64,000 nt of DNA from a virus (lineage: Duplodnaviria > Caudoviricetes): positions 160,001 through 224,000 of the IMG/VR virus record IMGVR_UViG_3300020576_002947. One strand, given 5' to 3'. Made by a program: the position numbers and the translations under genes. The number at the start of each line of letters is the position of its first letter. Within the stretch, counting starts at the first letter, position 1. Below, one piece after another: positions 51,123-58,707 of the stretch. The notes beneath the pieces are model-generated. The model was not told the DNA's origin, did not search any database, and saw only the letters and a list, made by a program, of their open reading frames with translations.

Positions 51123-51545
51123 ATGGGTTACGCATTTTTAGGAAGCGCTTTCGTTTTATCTTGGCTGTTTGCCTATTTTGAATTGTTATTGGTTACCAAA
51201 CTAAATCTTAAAGGCCTTGCCTTAAACCTTCCACTATTTGATTTCTTTTTCTCAATCCCTATCGCAATTTTGCTAGGTATTGGCTTTAATATTAATGGTG
51301 CTGTAGCTGGAATGGCTATGACACTTGCATCATTCTGGACTCTGTTCTGGTATGCTCATTGGAAGCGTAAGGAATTCAACAGATTCTATGATGGCAAGAA
51401 GCATAAGCTATGGAAATCTACGCTTGCAAAGGAACTCGACAAGATCAGGAATGATATTGAAGAGGGAACATTTATTGGTCAAATTTTAATAGATCAGCTT
51501 AAGGAAAAGGAAGCCAAGTTGAAGAAGGAGCTTAAGTGCAAGTAA
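51123..51545 (+). CDS. Multi-TM membrane protein with coiled-coil tail
   Basis: AAGGA RBS; overlaps the start of the polymerase gene. Confidence 0.6.
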   Translation: MGYAFLGSAFVLSWLFAYFELLLVTKLNLKGLALNLPLFDFFFSIPIAILLGIGFNINGAVAGMAMTLASFWTLFWYAHWKRKEFNRFYDGKKHKLWKSTLAKELDKIRNDIEEGTFIGQILIDQLKEKEAKLKKELKCK

Positions 51546-53938
51546 ATTATCAAGAGTATGAATGGTATGGACAACCTGTTGTCATTCCGTTCAGAGTTAT
51601 TGGTGAGAAATCTGTTATTGGCAAGGATGGTAAAGTGTCAAACGTTAAGCAGATCAACGAAGGAATCAAAGCGGCAGCAGACCGTGAAGATTTCCCTAAG
51701 TTGATTGATATGCTTGAGGACCAATACTTTAAGACATTGAGAATGGTCACTGGTATTCCTGTTAAAGGACACTATGGACCTGTCTTTACATCTGCAGACA
51801 TTGCACCTGAGTATTACTTCACAACTCCAGAAGGAGGAACAGTAGTTAATGAAGATCTTATGACTTCCAGAGCTGTTGACAGTGATGGAGATCATGCTCT
51901 AAGATCTAATCTAAAAGATGCAAATGGAAAATACTTTAAGCATAGGGAAGCTATGTTTATTAAGTTTCCATTTACTAAGAAGGTTCCTGTTCTTAAGGAA
52001 CTTCCTGGTAAGTATCCATATACAACTTTCACACCTGTCCCAGAGGACAAGGAAATCGTTATTACTGATATGTCTGAGAAGTACAATCTTGATGCTCTAG
52101 TTGAAAAAGCTAAAGATGTTCTTGCTATGCCGCTTGTCGGACCAACTGACAACTACTTTGATTATAAGGAAGCAATGGCCGTTAAGGATCTTGATTCCTA
52201 TCATATGAAAGTCCAACATCTGTTTGAAGACGAAGACAGATTTCTTGCTATGGAGGGAGATATGAAAAAGGTTCGCGGAGGGAAGATGGAGAAAGTCGAA
52301 ATCCCCCGAAGGCGAAGCATTGGGACACTTCCTACATGTTGGATTTTGGGTATGGCTAGGGGCAAGTCCTATTCACTACTTCCAGAAATTAAAGATGCTA
52401 TCTATATGATGAGGTATCTTGAAGGTATGGAATTTGAAACAGTCGAATCAGCGCTCTCTCGAAGAGACGATGAGGTGTTCCCCATTCCTAAGAAACTCGA
52501 GATCAATTCTAAAGGGCACGGCATTGTTCAAAGACTTATTGATCTCAAACTTCTAACCATTGAGAAGATTCCACATGCAGTCCCAGGACTGTTTGTATCT
52601 GTTATTAGATTGTATACTCCTAGTAAAGATTACAGAACTCTTCACCCAGTTGCTGTTACAGAAACTAAGAGAGACACTTCTGTTATGACTTACTGTATCG
52701 TAGTATCACCAATCGTGGTTAACTATGATAATCAGGTTAAGATTGTTCCTATTGAGTACGCTCTTGAAGCTCATCTCAATTCAGTTATGACATTTATGCC
52801 ACTATCAGGGGGCCATTGGCCTAGTCGATTGGATCATATCCACCAGAACCCTGTTAAGTCAGCTATGCTTGAGAAAGCTCTTAGAGAATTTCTCAGTAAG
52901 TATGGCTACTTCCTATATCATAATAAGACTATGAAGACAATGGCACTAGCCGTTGCTAAGAATAAGATTGCTGTCCATTTCCAAACTAAGAATCCACATG
53001 AGAAAGCTGCTTTCATGAAAGAGCTGAACATCAAGCTTAAAGCTACCAAGCTGGCTATTGTTCCATGTGGTGGAAACAAGAAAGGAACTGAACGTGCAAA
53101 CTTCAGTATTTGTGATCCTGTAACATTCTCGCCATTGTATGCGGGCAAGTACGCTGATCCAAAGCGTTCATGTCAGATTGCTTCTCAGCTTGCTAACGCT
53201 GTACCCCTACCCAGAAAGGCTTGTCTTGTTATTACAGGACGACCAGAAGATGGGAAGGGCACTGGCGGTCAGATGTTTATGACATCAGAGGGCGCTGAAC
53301 TAAGCAAACTATCTAACGTGTTTCTAAACTCATTGGTCTATCAGAAAGATGAGAATCATCAGCAACGAACAACATTCAGAAACTTTGCTGGAGAGGAATT
53401 TGAAGGCTGGCTTGGAGACCCTCAAGCGACTTCTGAAATCCCTAAAATCCTCAGCCCAATCGGACTGAAGAACATGGCTATGAGAATCTATAATAAGATT
53501 CAAGTACAGCATAATGGATTTTGGTTTGAACCTGATTTCCTGTTATCTCTGAAAGAGATTGAGGATAAGGATGCTTGGAATTCTCTTGTTGAGCATGGTG
53601 TCGAGAGATCATTCATGAACAACAATGGAGAAATTATTCCATGCTTCATCGTTTTCATAAACCTATATCGTTCTACTAATGCTTCAGAATGTGTCAAACC
53701 AGGTAAGAAGACCAGAGTGGTCTCAGGCATGGAAGCACATGCAATTAAGGAAGTTCTTTTAAATCATAATCTTGAGATTCCAGAATCAGAGCCTGACATG
53801 GAATATCTTGAAGCTATCAGAAAGGCAGTAGCGCAGATCAGAGATATCTGCAACCTGCCATTGCCCAATGTACCGGACGGCTTGTGTGCTGTTCGGGGGG
53901 CGGCGGTGGGTTCGGCGGAGGGTGCTGTCCCCTTGTAG
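51536..53938 (+). CDS. Putative non-virion minimal single-subunit two-barrel RNA polymerase (permuted domain order)
   Basis: AAGGAG RBS and GTG start; DSDGD (aa 115-119), KFP (143), VGPTDN (201), MEGDMKK (239), GTGGQMFMT (575), K637-ILSPIGL-K645 and D667-FLLSLKEIED-K678, with the same spacing as E. coli beta K1065/K1073/D1095/R1106. Confidence 0.75.
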   Translation: MQVNYQEYEWYGQPVVIPFRVIGEKSVIGKDGKVSNVKQINEGIKAAADREDFPKLIDMLEDQYFKTLRMVTGIPVKGHYGPVFTSADIAPEYYFTTPEGGTVVNEDLMTSRAVDSDGDHALRSNLKDANGKYFKHREAMFIKFPFTKKVPVLKELPGKYPYTTFTPVPEDKEIVITDMSEKYNLDALVEKAKDVLAMPLVGPTDNYFDYKEAMAVKDLDSYHMKVQHLFEDEDRFLAMEGDMKKVRGGKMEKVEIPRRRSIGTLPTCWILGMARGKSYSLLPEIKDAIYMMRYLEGMEFETVESALSRRDDEVFPIPKKLEINSKGHGIVQRLIDLKLLTIEKIPHAVPGLFVSVIRLYTPSKDYRTLHPVAVTETKRDTSVMTYCIVVSPIVVNYDNQVKIVPIEYALEAHLNSVMTFMPLSGGHWPSRLDHIHQNPVKSAMLEKALREFLSKYGYFLYHNKTMKTMALAVAKNKIAVHFQTKNPHEKAAFMKELNIKLKATKLAIVPCGGNKKGTERANFSICDPVTFSPLYAGKYADPKRSCQIASQLANAVPLPRKACLVITGRPEDGKGTGGQMFMTSEGAELSKLSNVFLNSLVYQKDENHQQRTTFRNFAGEEFEGWLGDPQATSEIPKILSPIGLKNMAMRIYNKIQVQHNGFWFEPDFLLSLKEIEDKDAWNSLVEHGVERSFMNNNGEIIPCFIVFINLYRSTNASECVKPGKKTRVVSGMEAHAIKEVLLNHNLEIPESEPDMEYLEAIRKAVAQIRDICNLPLPNVPDGLCAVRGAAVGSAEGAVPL

Positions 53939-53943
53939 CAATC

Positions 53944-53978
53944 AGGGTCTTAGGTCAGATAACTGGCTTAAGGCCCTT
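53944..53978 (+). terminator. Hairpin downstream of the polymerase gene
   Basis: AGGGTCTTAGGTCAG/CTGGCTTAAGGCCCT stem. Confidence 0.55.
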
Positions 53979-53989
53979 AAAATTTTCTC

Positions 53990-54268
53990 ATGGACAGGTT
54001 GAAAGCATTTATTAAGAAAGTGTACGAACGCTTTAAGCAATTCACCAAAGCGATTCGTGATAGAATTGCTATGGTTCTTGTTAAAGTATATCAGTACAGT
54101 ACCGAGATTTTGCTTTTAGCTTGGTCAGGGGTACTATTCTTTTTGCTGAGAATGAATTCCAGTATCGTCTTGATCTTTATGTTCTTCATTGCATTTGTTG
54201 TTCTTTATTTTCTAGTTAAAGCCTTGCTATTAGCACAGGCAATTAAGATGTTTATGAAGACACCCTGA
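53990..54268 (+). CDS. Two-TM membrane protein
   Basis: 92 aa. Confidence 0.55.
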   Translation: MDRLKAFIKKVYERFKQFTKAIRDRIAMVLVKVYQYSTEILLLAWSGVLFFLLRMNSSIVLIFMFFIAFVVLYFLVKALLLAQAIKMFMKTP

Positions 54269-54343
54269 GGACCTTCTGACTAGTAATAGGAGGTTATCCT
54301 TGAACTTCTCATCAGCAAAGCAAAACCAAGCAAAGGAAAAACA

Positions 54344-55012
54344 ATGAGCGCAATCAAAGCCTCACTATTCACTGCCGCTATCGTTGCATCATCAGTTTTC
54401 GACTTCCTGTCAACGAGTGAAAACGCACAAGCGTTCAAGCTCGAGGATGACCATCGGAAATTGGTTATTGAAGACGCTGACATTCCGGTGCCAGCTGGTT
54501 CTCGTCGAAAGACGAAGGATGTTATGGCGACCCATGCAGTCGTCTCACTTGCGAAGATCAAGTCTCAGAACTTGGTCACGCTAAAAGCCGTCGCTGAGGG
54601 CGGCAATCACGACACGTACTACCGTGTCAATGTTGAGTTCTATGACGCCACTATTCCCGAAGAAGCCAAGATGCTCGGATCGGTTGAGGTCTGGGGTTAC
54701 AACCCCAAACGGCCCAATCAGCTCGAGATTCGTGGCGGCGTTGGCCTCCCTAAGAAGGAGAGGTCCTCGGGTGATGGCAATACAAGCACAGGCTTGTATA
54801 CCGATGATACCAAGCAGCCTGTCTGGACACAGGCAATGGTTCAACGCTTTATTGTGAATGCTATGACTGTCATTGCTGAGCAGAACCCCTCACTGGCTAA
54901 GGCCATGATTGAGGTTTGGGAATCTCAGCAGGTCCCTGAGCCCGAACAGGTGAAAGAGGAAGACACGGTCGAACAACTGGCCGCGCTTGACACCGAATTT
55001 GCCGCTCCATAG
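54344..55012 (+). CDS. Possible SpoVG-like nucleic-acid-binding protein with acidic tail
   Basis: AAGGA RBS; V.LP.K....DG....Y.D...P then a helix, resembling SpoVG FVAMPSKR..DG.F.D..HP; acidic C-terminus. Confidence 0.35.
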   Translation: MSAIKASLFTAAIVASSVFDFLSTSENAQAFKLEDDHRKLVIEDADIPVPAGSRRKTKDVMATHAVVSLAKIKSQNLVTLKAVAEGGNHDTYYRVNVEFYDATIPEEAKMLGSVEVWGYNPKRPNQLEIRGGVGLPKKERSSGDGNTSTGLYTDDTKQPVWTQAMVQRFIVNAMTVIAEQNPSLAKAMIEVWESQQVPEPEQVKEEDTVEQLAALDTEFAAP

Positions 55013-55017
55013 CAACT

Positions 55018-55053
55018 AGGGGGTATGGTTGAAAGACCATATCCCCTTTTTTT
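55018..55053 (+). terminator. Intrinsic terminator
   Basis: GGGGTATGGTT-GAAA-GACCATATCCCC followed by T7. Confidence 0.9.
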
Positions 55054-55484
55054 ATTAGCTTCGCCTAGATATTTTGCTAGTGTTTGATAGTATTTTGCTA
55101 CAATTTACTAGCCTAAATGGGCTATATCCCTATTCTACGTATGTCTACTATTCAGAAAAAACATTAAACCATTTGGTGTAGACAAAAGGTTCTAAGTCTA
55201 CTATAAAAGCAGTAGACACAATTTTATATAGTTAAAAGGGTAACATAAATCCTCAAAAGTATGTCCGTTAAGGACGGAAAAAAGGATAAAAGACGTTCTG
55301 TCTATCCCATGAGTAAAACCGAATATCGTGCTTTCAGAGCTACCTGGAACAGAAGTCCTCAGTGTGCTTCACGCTGAACAAACTTTCTAACTTTCACGTA
55401 AAGTTTCTACCTTTTAGGCCCTGGCCTTAATAGAGCGCTCTTGGTCTCAATGTGAAAAGGAGTTGAGGCCCTAACTTTTTTATT

Positions 55485-55640
55485 CGTCCATGACACCGTC
55501 AGGTGGTAAACCAACCGGATAATTAGACAGCGCCGAGCTTCCCGTACTGTCTACACGGACGCGTTATAAGGGGGTCGTTGGACTCGCAGCCTTTTCTCGA
55601 CAGTTTAGGTTTGTAGACTTTCAGCGGGCCCCCTTATTTC
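55485..55640 (+). ncRNA. Structured RNA domain(s) of unknown family
   Basis: CGTCC/GGACG enclosing TAGACAG/CTGTCTA; long hairpin closed by ATAAGGGGG/CCCCCTTAT; no ORF. Confidence 0.45.
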
Positions 55641-55644
55641 AATT

Positions 55645-56160
55645 TGCCGGCTAGAGCAAAGGTATGGAGAAATCCATAAGCGGAGGTATGTTCACACATA
55701 GCCTAAGCCAAGCACCAGCTTTCTAAGGGTCATGTAAGTGGCCTTGATAACCCTGGTATGGTAGCATAGTGAAAGTAAAGTTACCGCCATTTTTAGTTCC
55801 ATGACTTCTCGTAAGGGAAGGTAAAACACAAAGATTATAAAAGGTCTTTGTGAAAAACTTGTTGAAAGCAGCACTCGCAAGAGGCATTGCTATAGACAAG
55901 GTAATTAAGTCATAAGCATCGCTCTTGGCTTGCACGGAATCGTTTTGATTTCCCTGTAAAGGGAATTGGACACACTCGAACAGCACTAAGTACGTCCTGT
56001 AAAAGGGATACTCCTGGTGGGAAATAGGGTTGCGAAAGCATGCAGGGATGTGTCCCAGTGGGCTGATCTAACACTGAGCTGAATAGAGTACTCATTCAGT
56101 AAGATCTGTTGTCAGGCATTCGTGTCGCACAACAGAAAAACTTGATCGTCTTCTTGAATG
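55645..56160 (+). ncRNA. Large multibranched ncRNA candidate (ROOL/GOLLD size class; family not assigned)
   Basis: Six or seven GNRA-capped hairpins and long-range helices AAGCCAAG/CTTGGCTT, ATGACTT/AAGTCAT, GGACACA/TGTGTCC; no credible ORF; close to tRNAs. Boundaries approximate. Confidence 0.65.
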
Positions 56161-56239
56161 TAATGGTGTAATAGAAACACACTCTGGTAACAGAGAGTAT
56201 ACTAAGATGCAACTTCTTGGTACTGAGAGAAGACTTTTT

Positions 56240-56547
56240 TTGGACTGGATATGAAGAAATTGATACTCGCTACCCTCATAAGGTAGATAGAAGACAAACT
56301 AGGAAGGTCCAAACTTTTTTCTATGTAGTGGGTGGGAGCCCCGCGGGAGGGAGTTCCCTCTTTGTCCGAGAAGGCGTGCATAGAACCCAATTTCCGTACG
56401 GAACACCTCGGGGCAGATAGCCCTTGGGACGGAAGTGCGTAGACGTAGTACCAAGACCTACGAAATCAAAACTTGGACCCTGCTGGGTTGGAGGTTGGTT
56501 CTGATCTGGTTCTCCATGGCATGAGGGTCCTTTAATTAGGACCCTTC
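56240..56547 (+). ncRNA. Further structured RNA domain(s) ending in a hairpin
   Basis: TTGGAC/GTCCAA, CTATGTA/TGCATAG, TTCCGT/ACGGAA, CGTAG/CTACG and GGACCCT/AGGGTCC helices. Confidence 0.4.
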
Positions 56548-56640
56548 AACTCTGTTAAAAAGAGTATCCTCAGGACCCTGGCACAGTCCTTTCCAGCTAA
56601 GCTAACTGAGGACAATCTTAGATAGGACGGTATTTTTGCT

Positions 56641-56973
56641 TTGAGCGAAAGACTCCCAACACCCTTACCTTTCTTTATTACATCCCTTATGGTTCCTGGT
56701 ATCCTACTTTCACTTGCAGGCGGGCATTTTGCTTTAAAGCATACTATAAGAACTGAGTCTGTTACCATAACTGAGAAGAAAGCTATTGGTCCAGAAAGAT
56801 TTATCTATGGTAAGAACTCTAATAATGAACTTGTTGTGATGACTGTAACCAACAATTGGTTACTCTTTCAAACAAATGCTAATAGTCTTTATGATAAGCT
56901 ACAAGTTTCTAAAACATACAACCTAGAAGTAGCAGGTTATATGAGTATTAAGTCTCTTATCAATATAAAATAA
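56641..56973 (+). CDS. Membrane-anchored protein (DUF1523-like secreted phage protein)
   Basis: TM helix, then VTITEK...N...LYDKL..KTY.L.V.G; start uncertain. Confidence 0.5.
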   Translation: MSERLPTPLPFFITSLMVPGILLSLAGGHFALKHTIRTESVTITEKKAIGPERFIYGKNSNNELVVMTVTNNWLLFQTNANSLYDKLQVSKTYNLEVAGYMSIKSLINIK

Positions 56974-56991
56974 TTAGTAATTAAGGTTATT

Positions 56992-57249
56992 ATGAAGGAC
57001 CATTTTTATTTTGGTCATTTCAGGACAGAAGTAAGTTATGGACAGCTAAAACCTGAAGACATTCATGGCTACTTCAGAGGCCTAATGGTAGGTTTTTGGT
57101 GTTTCTCTTATATAAGAGAAGGTCGAGTTCTTGTAGGCACTCGTGGCAAAACATACCAGAGTGCTAGACTAGATGCTTTTGACGAATATATTAAAACTTG
57201 TAATTTTTATAGAGTTTCTCCATCTGTTACAAGAGAGGAAATCGAATAA
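56992..57249 (+). CDS. Hypothetical protein
   Basis: 85 aa. Confidence 0.55.
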   Translation: MKDHFYFGHFRTEVSYGQLKPEDIHGYFRGLMVGFWCFSYIREGRVLVGTRGKTYQSARLDAFDEYIKTCNFYRVSPSVTREEIE

Positions 57250-57255
57250 GTACAA

Positions 57256-57565
57256 GGGCCTGTAGCTCAGTGGTTAGAGCACGCGGTTCATCAAAGCTCC
57301 ACACACTTTCCTTTTATTAGGTGTGTGATAGCAGGTGCCACAAGATTGGAAACTACTTGTGGGATCTCTCCTGTTCAGGAAAACCTAAGGATCAATAAGG
57401 ATAGATCTATGGCAATCGTGAGTACTTTGTAAAGAGTATGCAGAGACTGTACGGAGAGGGCCTAAACTCAGTAATGAGTACGGTCAAGAGACAGTCCAGG
57501 GAGTCAGGAAACTGACACAAACCTGAACCGCATGGTCGTGGGTTCGATCCCCACCGGGCCCACCA
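57256..57565 (+). tRNA. tRNA(CAT), probably Ile2, split by a group I intron (exons 57256-57291 and 57526-57565)
   Basis: GGGCCTG/CGGGCCC-A-CCA acceptor; TAGCTCAGTGGTTAGAGC D arm; spliced anticodon arm CGCGG-TTCAT^AA-CCGC; GGTTCGATCC T arm. Confidence 0.9.
57292..57525 (+). mobile_element. Group I intron, 234 nt, no ORF (IC3-like)
   Basis: U before the 5' splice site and terminal G; P1 CAT^C/GGTG; P3 CTCTCC/GGAGAG; R GCAGAGACTG; S AAGAGACAGTCC. Confidence 0.9.
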
Positions 57566-57602
57566 AGTTTTTTAGTAAGTTATGGTATAATCCGAATGTT
57601 CA

Positions 57603-57896
57603 ATGGAAGACTTACGAACAACCATTATCAATACTAAACTTGAGTTATCAGATGTTAAGTCTGAGATAACTAAGCTAAGAGCTAAAGAAAAAACACTTTA
57701 TGATAAACTTACTAGACTTGCTGCTGATTGTCCTCATTCATGGGATCTTAATATAACACCACAAAAACAATATGGTGCTATTGTCATTAACGCTACAAGA
57801 AGATGTTCTATTTGTGGTAAAGAACAAAGTACTAACAATACTGAGATAGTGCAACAGTCAAATGGCAGTTATACAGTAGAACCTATTTTTAAGTAG
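57603..57896 (+). CDS. Coiled-coil plus zinc-ribbon protein
   Basis: CPH...CSICG; TGGTATAAT extended -10 upstream. Confidence 0.6.
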   Translation: MEDLRTTIINTKLELSDVKSEITKLRAKEKTLYDKLTRLAADCPHSWDLNITPQKQYGAIVINATRRCSICGKEQSTNNTEIVQQSNGSYTVEPIFK

Positions 57897-57905
57897 GTTT
57901 AAAAC

Positions 57906-58274
57906 ATGGAGTTTATTAAAAACCCTAGATTACTTTTTCCTACACACGGATACCCTATAGGTACTGAATACAGACTGTTACCTGGTGGTGGAAGACAGAT
58001 TATTATTAAGAGAATGTGTTATTCTTGTAGATGTAGTGTTGGTCCTTATAACCTAGGACACATGAAAGACAGGGAAAGACCTATACTGCTATTTATTAAG
58101 TATCATACAGAAAAAGCAGTAACAGCTTCTGATCTTCCTAAGGATGGAGAAACTAAAATTATAACTAATGGAAATAGGTATGCACTTATTTCAGGTTTTC
58201 TGGTTGAAGAGAATGGTGTATGCCTACCTCCTGAAGACCAGATTAATACCAGTAGATTAAGTAGATTCAAATGA
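57906..58274 (+). CDS. Hypothetical protein
   Basis: 122 aa. Confidence 0.5.
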   Translation: MEFIKNPRLLFPTHGYPIGTEYRLLPGGGRQIIIKRMCYSCRCSVGPYNLGHMKDRERPILLFIKYHTEKAVTASDLPKDGETKIITNGNRYALISGFLVEENGVCLPPEDQINTSRLSRFK

Positions 58275-58283
58275 GAACACCAA

Positions 58284-58457
58284 ATGGCAGAAGGGAAAAG
58301 TGGTTGTGTTTTAAGAATTGGAGGCCTGTTCTGGCTAGCAAACCTTATCTATACATGTTTGTATTGGGGAGGGTGGCATGCTCTTTTTAACATTTTTGTT
58401 CCATATGCTATTATTTTTGATTTAGTTTGGAAGTTTTCTCCTTACATCAGAGGCTAA
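58284..58457 (+). CDS. 57-aa membrane protein
   Basis: Not in the ORF track; MAEGKSGCVLRIGGLFWLANLIYTCLYWGGWHALFNIFVPYAIIFDLVWKFSPYIRG. Confidence 0.5.
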   Translation: MAEGKSGCVLRIGGLFWLANLIYTCLYWGGWHALFNIFVPYAIIFDLVWKFSPYIRG

Positions 58458-58485
58458 CATTAAGTCTATTGTTATTAGTATTCTA

Positions 58486-58707
58486 ATGTTTATACCTATT
58501 AGCTATCATCCTGTATTCTGGCATGCTCTTAAAACATTCCCCAAAGATGTTATTACAGGATACTCCTGTTCAAGGACATCAGACATTTCTTTTGACGAAT
58601 TCTGTGTTGTTATTTTAAACAACAAGGACTTAGCAGAAGTTCTTTGTGAGATGAAATCAAAGAAATGTATTACAATAGCTCGTCATGTCACACTCGACCC
58701 TAATTAG
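58486..58707 (+). CDS. Hypothetical protein
   Basis: 73 aa. Confidence 0.45.
   Translation: MFIPISYHPVFWHALKTFPKDVITGYSCSRTSDISFDEFCVVILNNKDLAEVLCEMKSKKCITIARHVTLDPN

Noticed and set aside
55261-55377. 38-aa ORF MSVKDGKK...
   Set aside because: No RBS or motif; cannot be told from chance
55496-55520. SRP-RNA-like CCGTCAGGTGGTAAACCAACCGG
   Set aside because: Lacks the conserved GNRA tetraloop and AGCAG of helix 8
56217-56420. 67-aa ORF, plus small minus-strand ORFs at 55692-56390
   Set aside because: No RBS, atypical composition, and better explained by RNA structure
55485-56547. tmRNA, RNase P or group II intron identity for the structured region
   Set aside because: No tmRNA-type acceptor ends, no GAGGAAAGUCC, and no domain V pattern found by eye
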